From the NCBI GenBank assembly GCA_018609055.1, contig JABAYJ010000006.1, positions 394,805-458,804 on the forward strand: 64,000 nucleotides of DNA, written 5' to 3'. Position numbers and translations under genes: made by a program. Numbering within the stretch: position 1 is the stretch's first letter; every line of letters starts with the position of its first letter. Positions 1 to 8,899 of this stretch are shown in pieces. The DNA is from Flavobacteriales bacterium (GTDB taxonomy: Bacteria; Bacteroidota; Bacteroidia; Flavobacteriales_D; CAJJDF01). The notes below the pieces were generated by a model. That model had not been told where the DNA came from, did no database searches, and saw only the letters and a program-made list of their open reading frames with translations.

Positions 1-149
1 GAGGTGGGCCATTTATTAATATCTCATTAGTAGATGAGGACAGAGGAAGAATTGTAACTATTGAAGCTCATTTATATGGACCAAAGTTTGCAAAACGTAC
101 TTATATGATGGGATTAGAGACAATGCTTAACACTTTATCTTTTGAATAA
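1..149 (+). CDS. 3' end of an unidentified protein-coding gene (5' partial at window edge)
   Basis: Frame 3 is open from the window edge to TAA at 147-149 (…IEAHLYGPKFAKRTYMMGLETMLNTLSFE*). The other two frames have early stops. No family recognised. Confidence 0.4.
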   Translation, partial: GGPFINISLVDEDRGRIVTIEAHLYGPKFAKRTYMMGLETMLNTLSFE

Positions 150-221
150 GACTCATTTATTTAAAGTTAGTTTTTTGAAATAAAGCAAAAACTGTACTTT
201 TACAAATAAACCAATTCTAAA

Positions 222-656
222 ATGAAAAAAATAAGAGTCTCCAAGGAATTTGCTTTTGAAACTGCACATGCGCTAGATATGCATGATAGTAAGTGTCGTA
301 ATATTCATGGGCATTCTTATAAACTAACAGTAACAGTTCTTGGTCCAGTAAACGAAGACAATTCCCAACCAAATGTGGGAATGGTAATCGATTTTACTGA
401 CTTAAAAGACATTGTTAACGAAGAGGTTGTAGATAAACTTGATCATGCATTAATTCTTAAATCTGACTCTCGATTTAAAGGAATTGAAGAAAATAACGAG
501 AAAACGATTTACGTAGATTACCACCCAACTTGCGAGAATTTATTGAAAGAAATTGTAGAGGTTGTTTCGGTTAAATTACCAAAAGAAGTTACTCTTGTTT
601 ATGCCAAAATGAATGAAACTGCTAACAGTTATTCAGAGTGGTTTTTAGAGGATTAA
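222..656 (+). CDS. queD: 6-carboxy-5,6,7,8-tetrahydropterin synthase (QueD-type PTPS family)
   Basis: 144-aa ORF with a Cx3HGH motif (SKCRNIHGHSYKL) and an N-terminal FxFxxAH pattern typical of QueD. Confidence 0.8.
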   Translation: MKKIRVSKEFAFETAHALDMHDSKCRNIHGHSYKLTVTVLGPVNEDNSQPNVGMVIDFTDLKDIVNEEVVDKLDHALILKSDSRFKGIEENNEKTIYVDYHPTCENLLKEIVEVVSVKLPKEVTLVYAKMNETANSYSEWFLED

Positions 657-796
657 CTCTGAAAAAACAATCCTTTTCAAATTCAAATTATGATATTATT
701 CATACAAATTTGAGTGCTCTGTCTTATTTAAACTTAGTGTAATCCTTAATTTTGTTCTATCAATAAAGGAGTATTATTTTTCTTGAGAAATTCTAA

Positions 797-1402
797 ATGA
801 AAGAACTAAACGCTTGTTACCACTGCGGAGACGATTGTCATGTTGAGATAAAACTTGACGACAAAGTCTTTTGTTGTAATGGCTGTAAAATGGTTTTTGA
901 AATATTGAGTGACAATGGTTTAAACCAATATTACGATATTGAAAAAAAACCTGGAACACGACCAACTGAAGCAGGAAATAAATATCAGTTTCTGGAAAAT
1001 GAGGAAATTGCCGAAGAATTTTATGATTTTAAAAGTGACTCACAATGCCGAGTAACATTGTTTTTGCCTCAAATTCACTGCAGCTCCTGTGTTTGGCTAT
1101 TGGAAAATCTAAACTTATTGGATGAAGGAATCCTAAAAGTAGAAGTGCTAGAAAAAGTAAACCAAAGTTACTTGACTCACCTTTGGAATCAATCGGCTTT
1201 TGAGCAAGAAGAAAGTGGCTACTCCAAACTAAATACTCGATTAAGTAAATATTTTACTTGGGGTGTACTTGCTATTTCAATAGTTGCAGCTGCTATCTGG
1301 ATCTCAATTGATACGAGTAAAACCGTGAATGTGGTAGTTTCAATACTTATTGTGGGCTGTGCATTGGCATTGGCTGTGCCTTTTACATTTGGAAGTGCCT
1401 AG
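797..1402 (+). pseudogene. Remnant of a CcoI/FixI-type heavy-metal P-type ATPase (about 200 of an expected ~800 aa)
   Basis: N-terminus CYHCGDDC…FCCNGCKMVFEIL plus an HMA start (IHCSSCVWLLENL). The ORF then jumps to a TM segment, SKYFTWGVL…SILIVGCALALAVPFTFGSA, that resembles the CPC-motif helix but lacks CPC. There are no DKTGT or nucleotide-binding domains. Confidence 0.6.
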
Positions 1403-1755
1403 GCCATAACAAAAAAGTCATCTTCTATGGTCATGTGATTTAAACTAATTTCTAGAGGAAGCTTGTCTCCATTTTTTTTTAGTCCAAATAAATCTCTTCC
1501 TTCACCCATTTGCATTTTTTTAGGTGCTTTGGAGTAACCATCCCTATGCGTTACATGAAGTTTTTTAAGTGAATCGGGTAATAAGAATTCTATTTTTTGA
1601 TCTATTATCTCTTCTCTTTCATACCCAAACAAATCAAGCATTGAGCTATTTGCGAGCTTAATCTCTCCTTTTTTGTTACAAACTAAAATCCCCTCAGTAG
1701 AAGTTTCAAAAATTAGCTTATAAATATCCAGATGGCTGTATGTCTTCTGTTCCAT
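1399..1755 (-). CDS. PAS-domain protein, probably a C-terminally clipped sensor N-terminus
   Basis: 118-aa ORF with a PAS-like core (TSTEGILVCNKKGEIKLANSSMLDLFGYEREEIIDQKIEFLLP…GDKLPLEISL). It ends abruptly at DDFFVMA* with no output domain. Confidence 0.6.
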   Translation of the reverse strand: MEQKTYSHLDIYKLIFETSTEGILVCNKKGEIKLANSSMLDLFGYEREEIIDQKIEFLLPDSLKKLHVTHRDGYSKAPKKMQMGEGRDLFGLKKNGDKLPLEISLNHMTIEDDFFVMA

Positions 1756-1762
1756 AATGGTT

Positions 1763-3085
1763 TTATATCATTCCTCTGGACTTTAGTTCCAAGTACTTAT
1801 TAATAGAATTAACTGATAGTTCCTCTGGTTTGGACAGAATTGATTGTATTCCGTATTTCCTTAACTCCTGAACCATCATTCTTTTTTCATCAGTGAATTT
1901 TTGAGCAAATGTTTTTAGATAAACATCAGCAACATCTTCGCAATTCATAACACTAGCTTTACTAATCTCTGTGTTTTCGAAAAATATTACTATAATCAAA
2001 TAACTTTTATTCAATCTTCGCAGCATTGGTAAAGCTCGTTTAAGAGAATAAAAGCTTTCGAAATTCAAGTACATCAAAAGCAAACTTCTACTCTTTACAG
2101 TTTGCTTTACACTTTGATAAAGAAGGTCGTAATTAGCTTCCAAAAATTCTGTTTTCTGGTTGTAAAGAACCTCCATAATTCGCTTTAGCTGGGTAGCGTT
2201 TTTTGTAGCTTTTAATTGTGTTCCTATCTTATCCGAAAAAGTAATTAACCCTGCTTTATCTCCTTTTTTAATAGCCACATTACTCATTGCCAAGCTACTA
2301 TTAATAGCATAGTCAAGTAAAGTAAGTCCGTCAAAAGGCATTTTCATAGAACGGCTTTTATCAATAATGCAATAAACCTGCTGAGATTTTTCATCTTGAT
2401 ATTGGTTCACCATCAACTTGTTTTTTCTACTTGTTGCCTTCCAATTAATGTGTTTGTAATTATCTCCTTTCACATATTCTTTTATCTGCTCAAACTCATT
2501 GGTATTTCCTAGTCTTCGCATTTTTTTAACCCCTTGGTTTTGCGAGGATTTATTAAAAACCTGAAACTCGTGCTTTCGCATTTGTAATATAGATGGGTAA
2601 ACCCCTGCTGTTACTTTTCTGTCCAAAACATACCTTCTTTGGGCAAATCCCAAAACAGAAGACACGAAAACATTGATATTACCAAACTCAGAAACTCCTC
2701 GTTCCAGTGGTGTTATGGAATATACTATTTGTCTTTTATTCTGTGGTGATAATGAAAATTTAAAACTTGTATCTCTTTTTTGAAGTTGGTATGGCATTTC
2801 ATCAATCACCTCAACCTCAAGAGGAATGGTATACGAAGAAGAAATCTCAATACTTATCTTATTTTCATCTCCCAATGATAATTGGTTTGCCATTGTTCTA
2901 TCGGCTGAGATTTGTTGTTTTCTGTTAAACAGGATAAAAACATCAACTAATAAAAGAGCTATTACTGCATAAAGAGCAATTTGAAAAACTGGAAATAAAA
3001 AAGGGAAACCAAAACTTACAGTAAAGCCAATCGCTACGATTAGCAAGAAAAGAAAAAGTCTATTTTTTAAAAACAAGTGTCTCAT
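1763..3085 (-). CDS. DUF58 (vWA-like) protein, MoxR partner
   Basis: 440 aa. Has N-terminal TM helices and the motif …VYCIIDKSRSMKMPFDGLTLLDYAINSSLAMSNVAIKKGDKAGLITFSD. Lies immediately downstream of the MoxR ATPase. Confidence 0.8.
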   Translation of the reverse strand: MRHLFLKNRLFLFLLIVAIGFTVSFGFPFLFPVFQIALYAVIALLLVDVFILFNRKQQISADRTMANQLSLGDENKISIEISSSYTIPLEVEVIDEMPYQLQKRDTSFKFSLSPQNKRQIVYSITPLERGVSEFGNINVFVSSVLGFAQRRYVLDRKVTAGVYPSILQMRKHEFQVFNKSSQNQGVKKMRRLGNTNEFEQIKEYVKGDNYKHINWKATSRKNKLMVNQYQDEKSQQVYCIIDKSRSMKMPFDGLTLLDYAINSSLAMSNVAIKKGDKAGLITFSDKIGTQLKATKNATQLKRIMEVLYNQKTEFLEANYDLLYQSVKQTVKSRSLLLMYLNFESFYSLKRALPMLRRLNKSYLIIVIFFENTEISKASVMNCEDVADVYLKTFAQKFTDEKRMMVQELRKYGIQSILSKPEELSVNSINKYLELKSRGMI

Positions 3086-3094
3086 TTAACCCAA

Positions 3095-4216
3095 TTACCT
3101 TGGAACTTCTATCGAGTGAATAATTTCTTGAATTACCGATTGTGAAGTCATCCCTTCCATTTCGGCCTCAGGAGTTAAAATAATACGGTGGTTTAACACA
3201 TGATTTGCTACCGATTGAATATCATCTGGTGTGATAAAATCACGTCCCCTTATTCCTGCCATTGCTTTTGCAGCTTTGGCCATAGCAAGTGAAGCTCTTG
3301 GTGAAGCTCCTAAATACAACTTCCCGTGATTACGAGTACTGTGAGTTATTTTTGCAATGTAAGAGAGTAGATTATCTTCAATTTTTATTTCGGTAACTAA
3401 GTCTTGAATCTTCTTTAAATCCTTTTTAGAAAATACTTTTACTATATCATCTAAATTAGGAGAAAGTGTTGTGTTTTTGTACTTATTCAATATTTCCTGC
3501 TCTTGCTCCAGTGTAGGATAATCGAGTATTACTTTGAATAAGAATCTATCTAATTGAGCCTCTGGCAAACTGTATGTTCCCTCCTGTTCTACTGGGTTTT
3601 GCGTAGAGATAATAATAAATGGATAATCCATCTCATACTTAATTCCTTCAAAAGTAATTTGACGCTCTTCCATTACTTCAAACAAAGCGGCTTGAGTTTT
3701 GGCTGGAGCTCTATTTACTTCATCAATCAATATAATATTAGAGAATATTGGTCCTTTATTAAATGTAAACTCTGAGGTTTTCATGTTAAAAACAGAAGTA
3801 CCCAAAATATCAGACGGCATTAAATCTGGTGTGAATTGAATTCTACTAAATTCTGTATCCAAACATTTGGAAAGTACTTTTGCAGAAAGCGTTTTGGCAA
3901 TACCAGGAACTCCCTCGAGTAAAATATGTCCGTTAGTAAAAATACCAATCAACAGTAAATCAATCATTTCCTCCTGCCCTACTATGAATTTAGATGCTTG
4001 TTCTCTAGCTTCATTCACTTTGGTTCTTAGAAAACCAAGCTCCAAACTAGATTCAAATTGAAATCCTGGATCAAGAGTTGTAGGTATTTCTGTGCTTATT
4101 AATTCGTCCATAACACCATCAGCTGTTGGCTCATTAGTATTAGTTTCTTCTTCAGGAATAAAGATATCATCTATCTTTTTTTCGTTATCCTCGGCTGGGT
4201 TATTTTGTTCTTCCAT
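3095..4216 (-). CDS. MoxR-family AAA+ ATPase
   Basis: Walker A LLEGVPGIAKT, then SRIQFTPDLMPSDILG and Walker B ILIDEVNRAPAKTQAALFEVMEE. The first ~55 aa are an acidic extension. An alternative start is M36 (4111). Confidence 0.9.
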   Translation of the reverse strand: MEEQNNPAEDNEKKIDDIFIPEEETNTNEPTADGVMDELISTEIPTTLDPGFQFESSLELGFLRTKVNEAREQASKFIVGQEEMIDLLLIGIFTNGHILLEGVPGIAKTLSAKVLSKCLDTEFSRIQFTPDLMPSDILGTSVFNMKTSEFTFNKGPIFSNIILIDEVNRAPAKTQAALFEVMEERQITFEGIKYEMDYPFIIISTQNPVEQEGTYSLPEAQLDRFLFKVILDYPTLEQEQEILNKYKNTTLSPNLDDIVKVFSKKDLKKIQDLVTEIKIEDNLLSYIAKITHSTRNHGKLYLGASPRASLAMAKAAKAMAGIRGRDFITPDDIQSVANHVLNHRIILTPEAEMEGMTSQSVIQEIIHSIEVPR

Positions 4217-4222
4217 GAATTG

Positions 4223-5497
4223 TTAATTACAATTTTTATAAAAATACTCTATCTTTTTGTGCAATACTATCAGTTGATCCGAGCTGAAATCATAAGATTT
4301 TTTTGCTCTTTCAAATCGTTTAAATATTTGCAAAATCTTTTCTTCTTCAATATCGGATTTTAAAGCTACGGCTGCAATATATTCTTTGTCAATTTTTGGC
4401 GAAGAAATGTAATATTTATCCTTTATAAAATGAATAAAACTCTGCTCGTAATGCTTTATAAATTTATAATGTTTGTCTTGTTTTAGGTACAATCTACTAA
4501 CAGTTTCTACAAACTCCAATGATGTATTATTGTTGGGTTCTACTGTTGGAATAATCTTTTGTTTTCTTTTTAATCCAAAAATCACATAGGCAAAAAGCGA
4601 GAACAGAAGTAGCAGATAAGCATACCTCAAGTTTTGATCTTTTAATATATATTGTATTGGACTTTCACGCACAATTCCTTCCTCTGGAAAATTATTTATA
4701 TCATTCTTCTTATCCCAATAATTAAGATGACTGTGCCATTTGTAATTCCCTTTGGGCAAACTAGATAATGATCTCTGTGCATACTCCAATCCTTTTTCAT
4801 TAAACATAGATTCGTTCATGAACATTTCGGGAACAGAGTGTAAATAGAAGTATCCTCTACCATGAGGAATCTTAATGAAAATTGGATGCTCATAGTAGGT
4901 TTCATATCCCAAAATTGCTACGTCATTTTTTGATCTCCTTAAATTATCTAAATCAAAATATCCCCATTGATGATTGGTTGCTCTATCATTTTTGAACTTC
5001 TGTAAAGGATAAGAAGTGATGTATTTTAAAGAATCGTGAGTAAGCGCTATACTCATCACCTCTTCTTCGTATGTTTCAAGCAACTTACCGAAAGTAAACT
5101 CATATTTAAACTCATTGCTGAAGTCATCTAAAGAAACAAAAGCATGATTTCCTTCCTCTACAAATTTCATAATACCCTTTATAGCAGTTCTAGAAATTTG
5201 TATTTCTTCATCTATCAACATATATATAGACGGTAAAGAATCTACATTAGCAATTAAAGTAGAATCAATGGGGTCTTCAATTGTTTTTAGCGAAGCTACA
5301 TTTGGATGAGTTTTTAGCAACTCATAAAATATATAAAGTCCATTTTTGTTGAGCTTCTGGCCAAAAAGTTCTTTTGTTGGCTTTTCCTTTTCTACAGGTT
5401 TTTCTTTTTTCTCAACCTCAGGCGATAAGACATAGAGCAACACCATGAGGCCTAAACCTACAGCAATTAGCAATCCTATTTTTGTCTTATTATTCAT
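4223..5497 (-). CDS. DUF4350-like membrane-anchored protein
   Basis: 424 aa with an N-terminal TM and a second TM near aa 295-315. Sits between DUF4129-like and MoxR genes, as in the recalled conserved operon. The family name is inferred from context. Confidence 0.5.
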   Translation of the reverse strand: MNNKTKIGLLIAVGLGLMVLLYVLSPEVEKKEKPVEKEKPTKELFGQKLNKNGLYIFYELLKTHPNVASLKTIEDPIDSTLIANVDSLPSIYMLIDEEIQISRTAIKGIMKFVEEGNHAFVSLDDFSNEFKYEFTFGKLLETYEEEVMSIALTHDSLKYITSYPLQKFKNDRATNHQWGYFDLDNLRRSKNDVAILGYETYYEHPIFIKIPHGRGYFYLHSVPEMFMNESMFNEKGLEYAQRSLSSLPKGNYKWHSHLNYWDKKNDINNFPEEGIVRESPIQYILKDQNLRYAYLLLLFSLFAYVIFGLKRKQKIIPTVEPNNNTSLEFVETVSRLYLKQDKHYKFIKHYEQSFIHFIKDKYYISSPKIDKEYIAAVALKSDIEEEKILQIFKRFERAKKSYDFSSDQLIVLHKKIEYFYKNCN

Positions 5498-6340
5498 TTA
5501 CTTATCTAAGTTCTTTACCAAATTTTTAAACCTTGGCTCTAATGATAAATACTCTTCTTTTGTCAATATTCTTTCGCCATACCACACAATTTCATAAACT
5601 GAAACGGTAGTTTCAAATTCTTCGCTATAAGGTTTGTTTCGCATTTCAATGAGGTAAGAAAAATTGGTTTTCTCTTTCTCCCACACTATCCAATCTTTAA
5701 TTATTAATCCTCTTATAATGAATATGAAATAAATACGAATTGCTTCTCTGTAGTCTTCTTTAGAAAGAGCTTTGTCAAGCAATAATTCCAATTCGGTTTT
5801 GGGAATTTCTGTTGGGATAACACTTTCCAAATCTTTAGAGATTTTTTTAGATGGGAGTTCTATTGGAGCATTAAAAAACAAGTAAAATATTAATGCTGCA
5901 AAACCTAATATTACCAGAATTGCTATGACTGTTCCAAATCCAGAAAAGATTCCTGAGCCAGTCGAATTATTTCTTCTTTGTTCCTTTTCACGATAAGCTT
6001 CTCGTTCCTTTTTGGGCAAACGTTTTACTCTTTCAGCTTTTTTGGTATTTCTGTATTCTCGATATTCTCTCTTACTACGTGTATAAGGATTGTCAGAATC
6101 TTGTAATCTTTCGCTCTTTCCTTCGCTATCTTCGTACCATTCAAAATCATCACTTGAGTATCCTTCCGAAACTCCTTTTCTTATCTCTTCCCACCTTTTC
6201 TGATCAAACTTCTTGATCTCATAATCTTCTTTTAAGTAATTTTTGTGGGCATCACTATCCTCAAATTCTTGGCTAATAAGCGAAGAAGAAAATGCTAGTA
6301 AGAGCGTCAAAAACAAGTATGTGACTTTAATTATTCTCAT
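5498..6340 (-). CDS. DUF4129-like protein with signal peptide, charged K/E/R-rich region and a TM helix
   Basis: 280 aa. The C-terminal part (…EAIRIYFIFIIRGLIIKDWIVWEKEKTNFSYLIEM…VYEIVWYGER) resembles DUF4129. The start overlaps the upstream stop (ATGA). Confidence 0.6.
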   Translation of the reverse strand: MRIIKVTYLFLTLLLAFSSSLISQEFEDSDAHKNYLKEDYEIKKFDQKRWEEIRKGVSEGYSSDDFEWYEDSEGKSERLQDSDNPYTRSKREYREYRNTKKAERVKRLPKKEREAYREKEQRRNNSTGSGIFSGFGTVIAILVILGFAALIFYLFFNAPIELPSKKISKDLESVIPTEIPKTELELLLDKALSKEDYREAIRIYFIFIIRGLIIKDWIVWEKEKTNFSYLIEMRNKPYSEEFETTVSVYEIVWYGERILTKEEYLSLEPRFKNLVKNLDK

Positions 6341-8214
6341 CCTACTTTTTCATAAATTTTGCTTCCCTTCCCAAATTTCTTCATCCTCTTCTTTAGTCCA
6401 ATAGCCTCTTCTTTATCTTGAGTACTTAAGAACTGAAAAGAAAAAGCGATTACCAATAATGGAATTAATAACTGAATCAGCATCATCACAAATAGTGAAG
6501 AAATAAAATTCCTGATAGTCATAAAATTATCGAATACAGTTAATGTGTGCCAATCTATAATTTCATCTAACATCAGTGATTTAATATCAAAATCTTCGAA
6601 TATAGGATTGTGATACAACCAAGAGAAAAAATAAACCATAGCCAACATAAGAATGAATACCAACAAAGAGTTACCCCAAGATTTGGATCCATAACTTAAT
6701 CCTTTATTTATTCCATCAGCAAATGAATTCTCGCTAGATATTGCTGGGTAAAACACATTCAATACAAATGGCATCAGTAAAATAAATAGTAGTGAGACAT
6801 AAAAAGGAGTGAAGAAAAACAAAGAATAAAGCAAAAGAGTAATTATAAAAGCTTTAATAAAATAAGGCCAAATTTCCTTTATCCAAATTTGTAGAAATGG
6901 TTTTGAATTTGGTTTCTCAAGAAATTGAAAACAGTGAACAACTGTAGCTATATTTAACGATATAAAAGCAACATTGGCAATTAAGCCAGTCCACGTAAAA
7001 TGATCTAATCCTGACATGATAAAAGCTCCAAGCTCTTCCATTGTTAAATCATAATCGGCAATTGGACTAAAATAATAAAGTGCAGACAAGTATATAATTG
7101 CAAGTGGTAAAATCACGGTAACTATAATGGTTCCAATATTCAAAAAGTAAGTCTTATAAAACCTAAATGTATCGTAAAACACACCCGATATTTCTCTAAT
7201 TCTGTGTTTTTGGATTGCAGCTGACTCTTGGTGAGCTGGTTTTTCCTCCACCCTTAAATCATCTGGGAAAGATTTAGCTACCATTCTTGGGTAAATAATG
7301 TAATAGTAAACCACAAAAGCTAAAGAAAACAAAATAATGAACCATTTAGAAAATGAACTCATTTCGGTATGCCTTGTAACATATCCTTCAAGGAAACCAG
7401 CAACAATGAATATAGGGACAGTTCCCAATAAAATATTCATTCCTCTTTTGGCACTTATCTGAAATGACTGTGTACGGGTTAATGTTTTAGGGAACAACAA
7501 TCCATTTCCCATTACAATTCCTGCGGCACCAGCTATTACAATTGCCGAAATCTCTAAAGTTCCGTGAATCCAAATCGTAAGAAACGAAGTAAGAAATAAT
7601 CCTTTGGAATAGAAGAAATACTGAAAAGCACCCAACATAAACCCAGTACGAAGAAGCATAAAGACTGAACCAATAGAAAAGAAAACTCCTAAAATAAAGG
7701 TGATAAAAGCCACCTTAATATTGTTTTGAGTAATCCACAAAAACATAGAACCCTCGGGCATTTCTTTGTAAACTTTCATTGGATCACCCGAATTAATATT
7801 TTCCTCAGTCATATTCATGTAACCATCTCCCATTATTACACGAGCAAAATCCTCATCAATAAAACTAGATACACAACCTATAAGAACCGAAACTGCCAAA
7901 AATAAGAAAGCATGAAAAAACTGATTTCTACTTCTGTACATCTCAAGAGGTAATTTTTGAATCCAAAAAAGAGCGAAATCTCTCAAAAAACCTTTCTTCT
8001 GTTTATGAAAAGACATAAAAACCTTTTGCGCCAAATAGTTAAGGTATACTCTAACTGTACGTTTTGGATAAAATGTTTTAGCGTAAGATAAATCTTCAGT
8101 TAACTCAACAAAAAGTTCGCTTAACTTGTCAGGGTCAGTGCTTTTAGCTCGGGACAACTTTTCGAATTCGTGCCATTTCTCTTTGTTTTTATCTATGAAG
8201 GTGGTTTCTTTCAT
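6337..8214 (-). CDS. SpoIIM-like polytopic membrane protein with an extra C-terminal polytopic half
   Basis: 625 aa. The N-terminal soluble helix region (KEKWHEFEKL…) followed by multiple TM helices is typical of stage II sporulation protein M-family proteins in Bacteroidota. Residues ~330-625 form an additional TM-rich domain. Confidence 0.6.
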   Translation of the reverse strand: MKETTFIDKNKEKWHEFEKLSRAKSTDPDKLSELFVELTEDLSYAKTFYPKRTVRVYLNYLAQKVFMSFHKQKKGFLRDFALFWIQKLPLEMYRSRNQFFHAFLFLAVSVLIGCVSSFIDEDFARVIMGDGYMNMTEENINSGDPMKVYKEMPEGSMFLWITQNNIKVAFITFILGVFFSIGSVFMLLRTGFMLGAFQYFFYSKGLFLTSFLTIWIHGTLEISAIVIAGAAGIVMGNGLLFPKTLTRTQSFQISAKRGMNILLGTVPIFIVAGFLEGYVTRHTEMSSFSKWFIILFSLAFVVYYYIIYPRMVAKSFPDDLRVEEKPAHQESAAIQKHRIREISGVFYDTFRFYKTYFLNIGTIIVTVILPLAIIYLSALYYFSPIADYDLTMEELGAFIMSGLDHFTWTGLIANVAFISLNIATVVHCFQFLEKPNSKPFLQIWIKEIWPYFIKAFIITLLLYSLFFFTPFYVSLLFILLMPFVLNVFYPAISSENSFADGINKGLSYGSKSWGNSLLVFILMLAMVYFFSWLYHNPIFEDFDIKSLMLDEIIDWHTLTVFDNFMTIRNFISSLFVMMLIQLLIPLLVIAFSFQFLSTQDKEEAIGLKKRMKKFGKGSKIYEKVG

Positions 8215-8365
8215 TTAAGGAAATTGGCTAGCTTTTTATTGCGGATTTAAATTTAGAAAAATAACTACAGACTTTCTCCTTATTTACTGAAAATTAGAGC
8301 ATGAATTACTCTATCTTCACAAAGCCTATCAAAATAAGTATCAGGAGATAAACTTTTGAACAAAT

Positions 8366-8399
8366 ACTTGTGTAAACCGAGAAGTTATTTTTATATTTG
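8366..8399 (+). promoter_or_regulatory. Candidate sigma-A promoter for rpsO (TTG-N21-TATATTTG)
   Basis: Perfect TAnnTTTG at 8392-8399 with TTG at 8368-8370, 36 nt upstream of the rpsO ATG. Confidence 0.5.
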
Positions 8400-8434
8400 C
8401 ACTCTTAAAACAGAAAAGGTAATAAAATCACAAG

Positions 8435-8713
8435 ATGAATTTAGATAAAGAAATAAAGAAAGAAGCTTTCAAAACCTACGGAGGTTCTGAAACAAATACA
8501 GGTTCTGCAGAGGGGCAAGTTGCACTTTTTACTGAAAAGATTAAGCACTTAACTGACTACCTTAAAACGAACAGAAAAGATTACAATACTCAAAGATCAC
8601 TTGTAATCATGGTAGGAAAGAGAAAAAAATTACTGAGATACATCAGAAATAAAGATATTGTAAACTACAGAGAGCTTATAGCTAAAGTTGGAATTAGAGA
8701 TACATTCAAGTAA
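8435..8713 (+). CDS. rpsO: 30S ribosomal protein S15
   Basis: 92 aa containing GSAEGQVALFTEKIKHLTDYLKTNRKDYNTQRSL. The rpsO-pnp synteny is conserved. Confidence 0.9.
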   Translation: MNLDKEIKKEAFKTYGGSETNTGSAEGQVALFTEKIKHLTDYLKTNRKDYNTQRSLVIMVGKRKKLLRYIRNKDIVNYRELIAKVGIRDTFK

Positions 8714-8756
8714 CAGAATGTTGATTCATACCCAACCTATAATATAACATTTTAAT

Positions 8757-8788
8757 AAGGCAACCCTTTCTAAGCGGTTGCCTTATTT
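8757..8788 (+). terminator. Rho-independent terminator after rpsO
   Basis: AAGGCAACC (8757-8765) pairs with GGTTGCCTT (8776-8784), followed by ATTT. Confidence 0.6.
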
Positions 8789-8899
8789 AGTATATAGAAA
8801 TTTTAAAAACATTGACCACAAGGGTCAAAAGGTAGGAAGAGATATTTTTTTCACTCTTCTTATTTGTACGAAACGAGAAAAAAATAAAAAAACGTAACA

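Noticed and set aside
150-221. Checked for a preQ1 riboswitch upstream of queD.
   Set aside because: The 72-nt leader is almost pure A/T and has no recognisable preQ1-type stem-loop or conserved core.
774-965. 63-aa minus-strand ORF overlapping the start of the ATPase remnant.
   Set aside because: It is short with no recognisable motif, and it lies antisense to sequence that has clear homology-type signal on the plus strand. It is typical of a shadow ORF in AT-rich DNA.
3554-4061. Two plus-strand ORFs (73 and 64 aa) inside the MoxR gene.
   Set aside because: They are antisense to a confidently identified AAA+ ATPase, with low-complexity and hydrophobic composition and no start context.
8812-8828. 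Hairpin TTGACC-ACAAG-GGTCAA in the pnp leader, considered as an RNase III-type autoregulatory site by analogy with E. coli.
   Set aside because: It has only 6 bp, and the analogy cannot be supported from sequence alone.
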